Positions 1 to 9,423 of a stretch of DNA of 64,000 bases are shown here, one piece after another. Source of the DNA: a virus. Lineage: Duplodnaviria > Heunggongvirae > Uroviricota > Caudoviricetes. The position numbers and the translations under genes were made by a program. Each line of letters starts with the position of its first letter. Position 1 is the first letter of the stretch. The notes under the pieces were generated by a model. The model was given only the letters and a program-made list of their open reading frames with translations, had not been told where the DNA came from and searched no databases. Location of the stretch: positions 45,091-109,090 of the IMG/VR virus record IMGVR_UViG_3300022697_000186. One strand, given 5' to 3'.

Positions 1-265
1 GTTAGAAATCATGTTAATCATAAAGAGTATAAAGAAAAACATGATAATATAGATGATTGTCCTACATGGTATGATGGTTGTAATTGTAGAGAAGTACCTT
101 GTCCAGAATGTAACCCTAATGGATCAATACTTGATCTTGAATGTATATTATGTAAAAATATAAGTGCATATAAATATTACAGAGAGACTAAACTATTTGA
201 TATAGATATAATTGTACATATTGATTGTTTAAATTTTTTAAAATCAATTATTAAGTAGGAATATT

Positions 266-517
266 ATGAAAATAGAAATAGATGGTAAATTTTTAATTAC
301 AGATTCAAATATTTTAACTTATATAGGTAATCAAGAAGGACCTAACAATTACATGAGAATATGTTTAGATATGCAGTATAGTTCCACTAAGTATTATGAT
401 TATAATCCATTATATATTATTTGGGAAAATATATATGAACAATCTAAGTATGATCTTATAAAATTAGAGAAATGTATTAATAAAAAATTAGATGATATTT
501 TAGGTAAATTCCAATAA
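266..517 (+). CDS. hypothetical early protein
   Basis: ORF track; part of co-oriented tightly packed early block. Confidence 0.5.
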   Translation: MKIEIDGKFLITDSNILTYIGNQEGPNNYMRICLDMQYSSTKYYDYNPLYIIWENIYEQSKYDLIKLEKCINKKLDDILGKFQ

Positions 518-555
518 GTTATTTTAAACTTTATAAAAATTTACAGGAGTAATAA

Positions 556-852
556 ATGAAAACAATATATAAATATCCACTAAGAATTATTGATTTTCAA
601 ACTGTACAAATGCCAGTAGGTGCTAAACCAATTAGTGTAGGTATACAGAATGAAGAATCAATACCAGTAAGAAATATAGAAATACAAATGTGGGCAATTA
701 TCAATGCTTCTAATAAAATTGCATTTCATAATATATGGATTGTAGGTACAGGTAATCCTATACCAAAAACTAAGGCACCTCTGGAGTTTATTGGAACTGT
801 ACAAATGAGAACAGTACCTTTAGTATGGCATGTATTTAAAGAAAAGATTTAA
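556..852 (+). CDS. hypothetical early protein
   Basis: ORF track; SD caggag 8 nt upstream. Confidence 0.5.
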   Translation: MKTIYKYPLRIIDFQTVQMPVGAKPISVGIQNEESIPVRNIEIQMWAIINASNKIAFHNIWIVGTGNPIPKTKAPLEFIGTVQMRTVPLVWHVFKEKI

Positions 853-1181
853 TGTCAATCAAACTATCTGATGAACAAGTATACTGCATAATTGAAAATT
901 ATATTGAACATACATATAAAAATATTCAAGTTAAAATAATAGGAAAACCGAATAATTTTAATTCAGAATGTAGATTAATGATGACTACACCTTGTAAAAA
1001 TTGTAAATTAATATACCATGTCTCATTTATAATAGATATAGAATTAATAGAATTATGTGGAGGTGAGAAAATAATTGAAGATATTGAATTAAATTTTAAT
1101 AAATTGATGCCTAAAAGTGATAACTTTTGTAAAGTATGTGAAGATAAATTTATTAATTTAATTAGATTATGTGGTAGATAG
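852..1181 (+). CDS. hypothetical Cys-rich early protein
   Basis: ORF track; stop/start overlap with upstream gene. Confidence 0.5.
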   Translation: MSIKLSDEQVYCIIENYIEHTYKNIQVKIIGKPNNFNSECRLMMTTPCKNCKLIYHVSFIIDIELIELCGGEKIIEDIELNFNKLMPKSDNFCKVCEDKFINLIRLCGR

Positions 1182-1193
1182 GAAGGGATTTAG

Positions 1194-1421
1194 ATGAGAT
1201 TACAAGTAAAGAATGAATATGATAAAATTTTAAAGTATGATATAAATAATAATGTATATCCACTAATTGATATAGATAGTTTTATATATAAATATATGGA
1301 ATATAAAATAGCTCAGAAAATGGGTTCTGTTGAAAATCTAAGAAGAGTAACAGTTCCAGTCCAATGGGCTATAAAGAAATTAAAATTTACTAATTTTGAA
1401 TTAGAATGGTTTGAATTATGA
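1194..1421 (+). CDS. MRLQ-family small early protein
   Basis: ORF track; conserved 5' motif ATGAGATTACAAGT shared by ~10 paralogs. Confidence 0.5.
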   Translation: MRLQVKNEYDKILKYDINNNVYPLIDIDSFIYKYMEYKIAQKMGSVENLRRVTVPVQWAIKKLKFTNFELEWFEL

Positions 1422-1553
1422 GCAGTATAAAAAGAAATCCTTTAATATTAATGAAACCTGTAGTGTTTGATTCAGTTTGTGTCATATGTCAAAGTTCTGT
1501 ATACAAATTGATCCTGATATAATAACTACTAATAACAAATTAGTACATAAAAA

Positions 1554-1769
1554 ATGTATAACGACACTAAAGAGGATTATAAAATGAGAATAGAAGTTTT
1601 AAGATATACTTATGAAAAAGTATGGGAAAAATTCAGAGAAAATATAGCATACACTTTATTACCTAAAGGTTCTTATATTCATACTAAAGTAGCAATGTGT
1701 GATATATTAGATTTATATGATGATATAAAACTACAAGATCTGAACATGAAACCTTTTATTAAAACTTAA
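1554..1769 (+). CDS. hypothetical early protein
   Basis: ORF track. Confidence 0.45.
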   Translation: MYNDTKEDYKMRIEVLRYTYEKVWEKFRENIAYTLLPKGSYIHTKVAMCDILDLYDDIKLQDLNMKPFIKT

Positions 1770-2024
1770 ATGATATTAAAAGTTAAAAATAAAGAAGATA
1801 CTTACACAGAGTATTCTTATCCACCTAATGATGTAACTATATATTATAAATTAATAAATTCAATAGAATCTAATTTAAAATATGACCTCAATATATTTTG
1901 TTGTAAATATAGATTCTGTCGTAATTGTTACTTTAATAAATATTGTACCGAGTCCAACTTTATGCAATTTAATTTAAATATGATACTACATAATTTAGAT
2001 ATAAGAAAGGTGTTTAATATATGA
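1770..2024 (+). CDS. MILK-family Cys-rich small protein
   Basis: ORF track; N-terminus MILKVK shared with 3956 and 5363 ORFs. Confidence 0.45.
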   Translation: MILKVKNKEDTYTEYSYPPNDVTIYYKLINSIESNLKYDLNIFCCKYRFCRNCYFNKYCTESNFMQFNLNMILHNLDIRKVFNI

Positions 2025-2161
2025 TAATGAAATATAATAGATATGATGGATGGTTTTGTAGTGATGAACAATATTTTGATGTTATAGTTTTAGCAGATTT
2101 TATATCATTTTTTCAACAAAGTTCTTATATTAATATGCAACTGTTATTAAAACAATTTTAA
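2021..2161 (+). CDS. hypothetical small protein (46 aa)
   Basis: ATG overlapping upstream stop (ATGATAATGA); SD aaggtg; below track size cut-off. Confidence 0.3.
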   Translation: MIMKYNRYDGWFCSDEQYFDVIVLADFISFFQQSSYINMQLLLKQF

Positions 2162-2167
2162 GCTAAT

Positions 2168-2302
2168 ATGAGACTACAAGTATATAAAAATAAGGAATTA
2201 ATTCATAAATGTATTCTGTTATCTTTTACATTTTATATGGGTAAAGATAGTTACCCTAGTAAAAAAAGATTGCTTAATACATCATTAAGAATATTTCAAT
2301 GA
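2168..2302 (+). CDS. MRLQ-family small protein (44 aa)
   Basis: starts ATGAGACTACAAGT like paralogs; below track cut-off. Confidence 0.35.
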   Translation: MRLQVYKNKELIHKCILLSFTFYMGKDSYPSKKRLLNTSLRIFQ

Positions 2303-2357
2303 AAATACAATTATTTTATGGCACTAAAGTACTTATATTAAATAAATTTAATTATTT

Positions 2358-2390
2358 TTTAATTTTGAAAGAATTGAAGATTTTACGATT
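2358..2390 (+). promoter_or_regulatory. candidate sigma70-type early promoter (TTGAAA-17-ATTATA / TATAAT)
   Basis: -35/-10-like hexamers in 150 nt gap upstream of gene 2452. Confidence 0.25.
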
Positions 2391-2451
2391 ATATAATAAT
2401 TCTTCAGAATTACCAGTATCGTTTTTAGATACATTTTAAAAAGGATCAACT

Positions 2452-2655
2452 ATGAATAAAAATGATAGATTTTTTAAAGTTAGTCAATGTGATAGATGTG
2501 ATACTATACTTAAGGTTAAAACAATGTCATGGTTTACTGAAGAAGTATTATGTACAAATTGCGAAGATTTAGAATCTGACTTAAGAAATACATTACCGGA
2601 TTATGGTTTTGAATATGAAGGGTGCGGATATATACCTCCTAAAATAATGAAATGA
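2452..2655 (+). CDS. zinc-ribbon small protein
   Basis: ORF track; CDRCD...CTNCED motif pairs. Confidence 0.5.
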   Translation: MNKNDRFFKVSQCDRCDTILKVKTMSWFTEEVLCTNCEDLESDLRNTLPDYGFEYEGCGYIPPKIMK

Positions 2656-2843
2656 GATTAGAAGTATGTACACATGATTTACCTTGGGCTAACGTAGGTC
2701 ATTATAAATGGGAATGTTGGAAAGATGAAAATAAATGGGTAAAAGGTGTTCGTTATTTAGGACAAAGAAATAGATTACATCAATTACATAGATATGATTC
2801 ATCTAATATTATGTTAAATGTGTTTAATATGGGTAAATTATGA
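2652..2843 (+). CDS. MRLQ-family small protein
   Basis: ORF track; ATGAGATTAGAAGT start motif. Confidence 0.5.
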   Translation: MRLEVCTHDLPWANVGHYKWECWKDENKWVKGVRYLGQRNRLHQLHRYDSSNIMLNVFNMGKL

Positions 2844-3046
2844 GAATACAAATGATAAAATATACATATAATCCCTATCTAGGTAATATAAATCAATTTT
2901 GGATTAAAAAAATTATTAATAACTATAAACCAACAATGTGGGATACCATACCTTATAGGTCTACAAAAGATATATTACCAATATCAGTTCTTGGTGAATT
3001 ATATGATAATCATTCACCAGATGTACCATTACATTGGTTTAAATAG
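2840..3046 (+). CDS. MRLQ-family small protein
   Basis: ORF track; ATGAGAATACAAATG start. Confidence 0.5.
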   Translation: MRIQMIKYTYNPYLGNINQFWIKKIINNYKPTMWDTIPYRSTKDILPISVLGELYDNHSPDVPLHWFK

Positions 3047-3058
3047 GAAATATACAAA

Positions 3059-3238
3059 ATGAAATTACAAGTATATACAGAAATAATGACTATTAAAAAA
3101 ATTAAGTGTGATAAAAAAGAATATACATCAGAAAGTATTATTGGATATACTTATAATAGTACAGATTATTTATACGCTAATAGATTTTCTGATAATTTAA
3201 AAAATAATATACATTATTCTTATTTAAAGTCATTCTAA
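3059..3238 (+). CDS. MRLQ-family small protein (59 aa, MKLQVYTEIM...)
   Basis: ATGAAATTACAAGT start; ends TAATG overlapping next gene; below track cut-off. Confidence 0.4.
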   Translation: MKLQVYTEIMTIKKIKCDKKEYTSESIIGYTYNSTDYLYANRFSDNLKNNIHYSYLKSF

Positions 3239-3483
3239 TGAGATTACATTTACTACAATATATGGATAAGGATACCGTTAGAACTAAAAGTCCTATTTGG
3301 AATAAATTTAATGTAATGTTACATATATATGTATCTTTGTTTGAATCAATACCATACTTAGATAATAAATTAAACCAAAATAAAAGACTTATATTACGTA
3401 AATTATATAATTCATGTAATACAAAACTAAATAATCATGTTCCATTAGAAATATGGGAGACATATGATGAGATTAATGATTAA
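3238..3483 (+). CDS. MRLQ-family small protein
   Basis: ORF track; ATGAGATTACATTT start. Confidence 0.5.
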   Translation: MRLHLLQYMDKDTVRTKSPIWNKFNVMLHIYVSLFESIPYLDNKLNQNKRLILRKLYNSCNTKLNNHVPLEIWETYDEIND

Positions 3484-3703
3484 AATAAAGCATGAAATTA
3501 AAAAGAAAAGACATCCCATAATATATAGACATTCAACAAGGGGTTGGTATAACAAATATGGACCAGACGATATTATAATTGATGGACTTAAAATATATCT
3601 ACCTATATTGAATATATTAAAAAATCAAAATAATGATCAAACTATAATAGATATAATTATAATGAAACTTTGGAGTTCATCAGGTTTTTTAAAGGAATTT
3701 TAG
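3464..3703 (+). CDS. hypothetical basic protein
   Basis: ORF track. Confidence 0.45.
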   Translation: MMRLMIKIKHEIKKKRHPIIYRHSTRGWYNKYGPDDIIIDGLKIYLPILNILKNQNNDQTIIDIIIMKLWSSSGFLKEF

Positions 3704-3725
3704 GAAGTATAATTAAAGGAATTAC

Positions 3726-3908
3726 TTGATGAAATTAAAAATAAATCAAATTAGTTACAAAAGTCAACCGGAAGATAAATGGATTGGAGCACTAAAATAT
3801 TTTAGTATAAATTATTATATTATGGATATTATGTCTATTAATAAACTGCACAGTGGTCGTACATTTAATTTAAAACTTATGCAAGTACCATTAAAGATAT
3901 TTGAATAA
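3726..3908 (+). CDS. hypothetical small protein
   Basis: ORF track. Confidence 0.4.
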   Translation: MMKLKINQISYKSQPEDKWIGALKYFSINYYIMDIMSINKLHSGRTFNLKLMQVPLKIFE

Positions 3909-3955
3909 TTGATTAACATAAAATCTTTAGAATTAAATTTATAGGTGACTACTAT

Positions 3956-4144
3956 ATGATATTAAAAGCAAAACAAGATAATAAGAGTTCAGTAATCGTA
4001 TCAGATAAATACTATTCGGAATGGATTGATGGGTTTTATTATTTAAATATTAATGGATATTACGAAATGTATTCAGAACATTGTTATAGTCACGCTCTAA
4101 ATCTTACTAATACACCAATAATGTTATTTAAAATAAAATTATAA
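3956..4144 (+). CDS. MILK-family small protein
   Basis: ORF track; MILKAK start. Confidence 0.45.
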   Translation: MILKAKQDNKSSVIVSDKYYSEWIDGFYYLNINGYYEMYSEHCYSHALNLTNTPIMLFKIKL

Positions 4145-4165
4145 TCAAAAAAGGTAAAATTTAAA

Positions 4166-4363
4166 ATGTCTAGAATATGTCATCAAACAGAACCAATTAA
4201 TGATATAGATGAAGTGTGGTGGTCATATAGTTGTGATTGTTGTATTTCTCCACAATCAAATCATTATATATTTACTAATAGATTAGGTAATGGTAATTAT
4301 TTATGTGACCGATGTAAAACTATGATTGAATATTGTACAAATATGAAGAAAAGAGTTAACTAA
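4166..4363 (+). CDS. Cys-rich zinc-binding small protein
   Basis: ORF track; CDCC...CDRC motifs. Confidence 0.45.
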   Translation: MSRICHQTEPINDIDEVWWSYSCDCCISPQSNHYIFTNRLGNGNYLCDRCKTMIEYCTNMKKRVN

Positions 4364-4365
4364 TT

Positions 4366-4530
4366 ATGGACCATAAATTTCATTATGCTCCTTTTATACC
4401 TATGGTATCTTCAAATATTTGTAAAATATGTAAGAAATATAGAAGAACTTCAAATGACCCTTCGGAAATATGTTCTTATTGTTATAAGATGATTAAATAT
4501 ACAAGTACATACAAAAATATAATAAAATAA
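4366..4530 (+). CDS. zinc-ribbon small protein (54 aa)
   Basis: CKICKK...CSYC; below track cut-off. Confidence 0.35.
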   Translation: MDHKFHYAPFIPMVSSNICKICKKYRRTSNDPSEICSYCYKMIKYTSTYKNIIK

Positions 4531-4566
4531 CTTTTTAAAGATTGGTATTTATAAGGATAAAACTTA

Positions 4567-5028
4567 ATGATTAAATATGGATTAAAGCATATTAAAGAAA
4601 ATAGACGTATTACTTATGGAATATCATCTAATTCCGATGGTGATTCATGTAATGAAAACCAATATTATTTAACAACATCAGGAGATGCAGAATGGGTTGT
4701 AAAGAAAGCAGAACTAGCTGAATGGGTTAGACAAAATTCAACACCATGGTATAATTCAGAATATGAAACACCAACAAATGATTTTAAACCAGAAGAACTT
4801 GAAGTAGTAAAAATAGAAACTATAGAAACTAAAATAATAGTCAGTATACCTACAGCTAAAGAATTATATCCTATAATATATAAGGATGATGTTGGTGCAA
4901 AATTTATATTGAAAAACGTTGTATTAGGTAAAATAACTAGTTATTCTTGGTATGATTTAATAAAATATAATGCCAAAGTTAATAAATTAAAAACCTATAT
5001 GAATAAACTTTCTAAGACAAAATTATGA
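4567..5028 (+). CDS. hypothetical protein
   Basis: ORF track 153 aa. Confidence 0.55.
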   Translation: MIKYGLKHIKENRRITYGISSNSDGDSCNENQYYLTTSGDAEWVVKKAELAEWVRQNSTPWYNSEYETPTNDFKPEELEVVKIETIETKIIVSIPTAKELYPIIYKDDVGAKFILKNVVLGKITSYSWYDLIKYNAKVNKLKTYMNKLSKTKL

Positions 5029-5189
5029 TGAATTTAATGGTAAGATGTGATAAACAAAGTAATACTTGGTGGTGGGGTGAACATTATTTAACAATTATAG
5101 GATTTGATATAACTACAACCAGGCGTACTACAACTTTAGAACGTATGTATCCACACCCTACTGATATACAATTCTTAAGGATATTCTAG
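5025..5189 (+). CDS. hypothetical Trp-rich small protein (54 aa)
   Basis: ATGATGA overlap with upstream stop. Confidence 0.35.
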   Translation: MMNLMVRCDKQSNTWWWGEHYLTIIGFDITTTRRTTTLERMYPHPTDIQFLRIF

Positions 5190-5356
5190 TGATACTAAAA
5201 GTAAGAAAAGATAAATTAAAAAATTTAATAAAATTAAACTATAAGTGGACACCATATAAAATAATAGATATTAAAAATTATATAGGATTTCATTATATTT
5301 CACATAAGTCACATAAATATCAAATGCTAAACATTAATTTAGATTTGTTTAAGTAA
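5189..5356 (+). CDS. MILK-family paralog with GTG start (VILKVRKDK...)
   Basis: TAGTGA overlap; N-terminus resembles MILK family. Confidence 0.25.
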   Translation: MILKVRKDKLKNLIKLNYKWTPYKIIDIKNYIGFHYISHKSHKYQMLNINLDLFK

Positions 5357-5362
5357 GAAGAG

Positions 5363-5587
5363 ATGATATTAAAACTAAATTATAAAAATCAAGGATTTAT
5401 AAATTTAAATAATAAACATCAAACTGTATTTTGTATAATGTCAGATGAATTGGTGTGTATAAAATGGAAAAGATCTGATTATTTAAAATATTATAAAATT
5501 GGATCTATTGAGCATAGACATAAACTTAAGCTATTAAATACTAACTTAATGTTATTTGTAAAGAATAAAGGAGATATTAAAATATGA
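5363..5587 (+). CDS. MILK-family small protein
   Basis: ORF track. Confidence 0.45.
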   Translation: MILKLNYKNQGFINLNNKHQTVFCIMSDELVCIKWKRSDYLKYYKIGSIEHRHKLKLLNTNLMLFVKNKGDIKI

Positions 5588-6249
5588 ATCCAGCATTTGG
5601 AAAAGAGTATATGAGAAACAAAAGAAAAGAACAGTCACAAAATCTGGATAAATATACTCATCCAGAAAAGAAAAAGAAACATCTTGAAGATCTAATGCAA
5701 ACATTTTATTTTGATAATGTATTAGAAGTATATGGAGGAGATGGTAATCTTACAGAATTTTATAAAGAATATTGTAAAAATGTAGTATCATTAACTAAGT
5801 ATGAATCTACCTATAAAGGTGTAAGATTAATGGGTAATAGTGAACATGATATTCATATAGTAAGAGGTATTAGGAGTAGAGGTAACAAAAATACTCAATT
5901 TAATCTTATCGATATTGATGGGTTTGGTTATCCATGTAGTCATCTTAGATTAGTATTTCAAATGATGAGAGATACATCATTATTAATATTAACAATACCA
6001 GGTAAAAATAAGATAGTCCCTACTATGATACGATTTTGGAATGTGCATTTTAATACATTAACCTCACCAACTACAGATGATATTACAAAAAAATTAGAAC
6101 AACTAGCAGCTGAAGATAATTATGGCGTTGAATATATAAATGAAGTATCATTAACGACTAAAGGTACTAAAAGAATAGCATATAAATGCCATAAATTAAA
6201 TACCTGTAAAATTACAGGACAAGCTACCAAACGAAAGGTTGTAATATAA
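5584..6249 (+). CDS. putative SAM-dependent amino-methyltransferase-like protein (Trm1-like motifs), short paralog of 16744-17718
   Basis: shares LDKY, EVYGGDGNLTEFY (motif I-like) and IDIDGFGYP (Trm1 DLDPFGSP-like) with 16744 gene. Confidence 0.45.
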   Translation: MNPAFGKEYMRNKRKEQSQNLDKYTHPEKKKKHLEDLMQTFYFDNVLEVYGGDGNLTEFYKEYCKNVVSLTKYESTYKGVRLMGNSEHDIHIVRGIRSRGNKNTQFNLIDIDGFGYPCSHLRLVFQMMRDTSLLILTIPGKNKIVPTMIRFWNVHFNTLTSPTTDDITKKLEQLAAEDNYGVEYINEVSLTTKGTKRIAYKCHKLNTCKITGQATKRKVVI

Positions 6250-6251
6250 TT

Positions 6252-6683
6252 ATGGAAATGATAGAGATTGATATTGATGAAGATGATTTAAAATGTCCTT
6301 CATGTGGTAGTGTATGGTCAGACTATTTTACAGAAAAGGATAAAGATCCTAATATATGTGATCATTTATGTTTTTTATGGGATGATTTTGATTCAGTTGG
6401 TCCTTTTATAATGAATGATAATAAATGGCAAGGTGAAAAGTTTACTAGAGAATATTTAAAACTATATAATAAACCTGAATATGAAACGGATGATATTGAA
6501 TCTTTGAGTCCAAATTGTGATATATTAGAAGAATTAGATTCTAAAGATATGAATATAGATTCTATCTTTGTTTTTAGTAATGCTTATGGTAGTGATCACA
6601 CTATTTATTTTGGTTATAATAGTCTAGGTGGAACTATAGATTTAGTTAAAGTATCAAAAAAAACCTATATAACAAAATCATAA
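6252..6683 (+). CDS. zinc-ribbon containing protein
   Basis: ORF track; CPSCGS motif. Confidence 0.55.
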   Translation: MEMIEIDIDEDDLKCPSCGSVWSDYFTEKDKDPNICDHLCFLWDDFDSVGPFIMNDNKWQGEKFTREYLKLYNKPEYETDDIESLSPNCDILEELDSKDMNIDSIFVFSNAYGSDHTIYFGYNSLGGTIDLVKVSKKTYITKS

Positions 6684-6698
6684 TTACGGGGACTAAAT

Positions 6699-6890
6699 AT
6701 GAGATTACAAGTGAACGTTTATAATATATTTAATAATATTGATATAAAATGGCATAAATTAAGTGAAACAACTAAATATATATTAAATGATTTATATATA
6801 GTACCCCATAACAAAATACTAAACAAAATATTAATTGATTATAGTAATACTAAATATGACACCAAATATAACTTGAATGTATTCAAATAA
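6699..6890 (+). CDS. MRLQ-family small protein
   Basis: ORF track; ATGAGATTACAAGT start. Confidence 0.45.
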   Translation: MRLQVNVYNIFNNIDIKWHKLSETTKYILNDLYIVPHNKILNKILIDYSNTKYDTKYNLNVFK

Positions 6891-6959
6891 TCGTGGGGTC
6901 ATAAACATATATAACTTAAATGTATCAAATAATCGTGGGGTTTATTCAAAGGAATTTAA

Positions 6960-7199
6960 ATGAGAATATTAGTCAATAATATAATATTAACTAGAAAAGA
7001 TTTACCAACATATGATATGAAACACCAATTTATAAGTGATAAATTATACTCAATATTATGTAATAATTATAAAAATGTGAAACTAGTTGAGGATTTATTA
7101 GGTTCTATATTCTATTTTACTAAAAATTATGAACAAGACTCAGATGATTGGTATATAACAGATGAATTCAATAAAATAATATGGAATGTATTTAAATGA
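6960..7199 (+). CDS. MRLQ-family small protein
   Basis: ORF track. Confidence 0.45.
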   Translation: MRILVNNIILTRKDLPTYDMKHQFISDKLYSILCNNYKNVKLVEDLLGSIFYFTKNYEQDSDDWYITDEFNKIIWNVFK

Positions 7200-7495
7200 G
7201 ACTAAGATATAACAACTATTCATATACTTTAAATAGAGGTCTACATGCATTATCAAACTGTAATAGGAGACAATTTATAACACACACTATGATAATGAAA
7301 TTTGATAAACAAATAAGGAATAAATTCAATTTAAATTTACTATTTTCTGGATATTGTGTAGATACATTAGGTAACTATTTTTATAAAATAACACTAATGT
7401 ATTATAATAATAAACCGTTTAACTTACCATTTGAACCATATGTTACATATTCAAGTATTATATCAATGCCTAATATAGAAGAGATATTCCAATGA
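7196..7495 (+). CDS. MRLQ-family small protein
   Basis: ORF track. Confidence 0.45.
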   Translation: MRLRYNNYSYTLNRGLHALSNCNRRQFITHTMIMKFDKQIRNKFNLNLLFSGYCVDTLGNYFYKITLMYYNNKPFNLPFEPYVTYSSIISMPNIEEIFQ

Positions 7496-7513
7496 ATTTA
7501 GAAAGGAGAATAT

Positions 7514-7744
7514 ATGATCAAAGGAAATATACTATATCAAAAAGAACGAGATAGTATAGAAAAAGAACTTAAAGAAATCATGAAAATAGAGAATACTACT
7601 GGTAGGACAATGGGTATATCGTTAATTATAGATAGATTATTAACACAAAAAGAAGCTATTAGACAATCTAAAATACAATTAAAGAAAAAATATGATAAAG
7701 ATATATCAGACTTAATGGATATGCGTAAAAATAAAGACGAATAA
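7514..7744 (+). CDS. hypothetical charged small protein
   Basis: ORF track; SD aaggag. Confidence 0.5.
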   Translation: MIKGNILYQKERDSIEKELKEIMKIENTTGRTMGISLIIDRLLTQKEAIRQSKIQLKKKYDKDISDLMDMRKNKDE

Positions 7745-7755
7745 GGTTATTCAAA

Positions 7756-7977
7756 ATGAGACTACAAACATTAACATATGGATTACAAAAAAGAAAACCA
7801 TTAGTATGGTGCTCTTTAAATACTAATCCATTATGTATAATACATCCCTATTATATAACAAAGCTTACAGGAAGTTTAAATATAAAGTATGATGTAAGTT
7901 ATGATGTCACCAAATACAATTTAAATCAAAATGGTCTATTAACTAAAATAGGAGTAACTTTAAATGATAAGTATTAA
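7756..7977 (+). CDS. MRLQ-family small protein
   Basis: ORF track. Confidence 0.45.
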   Translation: MRLQTLTYGLQKRKPLVWCSLNTNPLCIIHPYYITKLTGSLNIKYDVSYDVTKYNLNQNGLLTKIGVTLNDKY

Positions 7978-8188
7978 TAAGTATGATAATTTAACTAAAT
8001 TATTTACTAATAAAGTAAACAAACGTACTAAAGAGATACAGGATACATTAATTGAAAAATATAATGAAGATGCTAAATATGTTCCTGATACTTTAGAATA
8101 TAGAATAGGTTTTAAACATGGTATGGAAGAAGCATTATCTATGTTTAGTTTAGTATCACATGATGCATTATTTAATGAAAAGGAATAA
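7964..8188 (+). CDS. hypothetical small protein
   Basis: ORF track. Confidence 0.5.
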   Translation: MISINKYDNLTKLFTNKVNKRTKEIQDTLIEKYNEDAKYVPDTLEYRIGFKHGMEEALSMFSLVSHDALFNEKE

Positions 8189-8191
8189 AAT

Positions 8192-8416
8192 ATGACTATA
8201 TGTAAATTATGTTCTAAAGAAGATGGAAAAGAAGTTATAGATGTATTTACGGGAAAAGATATAATGATGTGTGATGCTTGTCAAGTAATTACAGGTACAA
8301 ACTTGATTAACCCTATTATGGGAGCCTTGAGGGATATCCCTGGAGTAGATGGTATGCCAGCGGACAATTTGGCAGATGCTATGGAAAGTTATATACAAGA
8401 AAAGAAAAGTAAATGA
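8192..8416 (+). CDS. zinc-ribbon small protein
   Basis: ORF track; CKLC...CDAC. Confidence 0.5.
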   Translation: MTICKLCSKEDGKEVIDVFTGKDIMMCDACQVITGTNLINPIMGALRDIPGVDGMPADNLADAMESYIQEKKSK

Positions 8417-8770
8417 ACTATACAAATCATTTCCCTAATACACCAATATTCCATATAGTATACACTATAAGAATTTAATGTATATTACCCTTATAACTAA
8501 TAATACATTCTAATAACTAGATTTCATGTATAACTTATTGATATTAGGATAGTTTAAAGATAGTATATTATCTAATAGTACTAACGATACAATTATAATA
8601 ATCTAAATGGATATTCTTATAGATGACACTATATGAAATTTCTAATAGTATACTTATAATATACTTGATAATAAGAAATAAATGTAGAATAATATAAGAA
8701 AACTATAAAAAACTATAAGAAATTAATAGACTAACGTAATAATAACTAAATATAAACTGAAATATAAAAT

Positions 8771-9078
8771 ATGGAATACTAAGTAAATACTATGTTAAAT
8801 ACTATGTTAAATACTGATTATTGAGTTGAATACTATATGTATATGAATACTATGTGACTCAATTCTAATGAATTATATATGAATACTATGTTAAATACTA
8901 TGTAAATACATGGAATACTATATGAAATACTATATGAATACATGGAATACTATATGAAATACTATATGAATATTGAAGTAAATACTATGTGAATACTATA
9001 TGAATACTATATGAATATTGAAGTAAATACTATGTGAATACTATATGAATACTATGTTGAATACTATATGAATATTGG
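8771..9078. repeat. tandem array of ~25 copies of 11-12 bp unit (G/T)AATACTAT(A/G)T with higher-order ~42 bp periodicity
   Basis: direct reading; lies in 770 bp ORF-free region. Confidence 0.8.
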
Positions 9079-9188
9079 AGTGATGATAGGACGATTTTTA
9101 TATATATAGGACCAGATTGTGTAACATATTATTATATCGTATGTAATATCCTGTTACATATCTTAACAATAAATTAATGGAGTAATAC

Positions 9189-9383
9189 ATGAAACCTAAT
9201 AAATTAGGATGCTGTATATTATGTAAGTCACATCTTTACAATGACTTAATTATAGCAACAGTATCAACTATCAACTATTCAATACATGTTCAGGATAGTA
9301 TATGTAAAAAATGCACTCAGCTACTACATCAAATCAGCCATCACCGTCCATCATCTAACATCATGCATCAAATCAAACAATAG
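9189..9383 (+). CDS. Cys-rich small protein
   Basis: ORF track. Confidence 0.4.
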   Translation: MKPNKLGCCILCKSHLYNDLIIATVSTINYSIHVQDSICKKCTQLLHQISHHRPSSNIMHQIKQ

Positions 9384-9423
9384 TTGTTTCTTATTTAAAT
9401 ATTATCATGCAGTTATCCAAACA

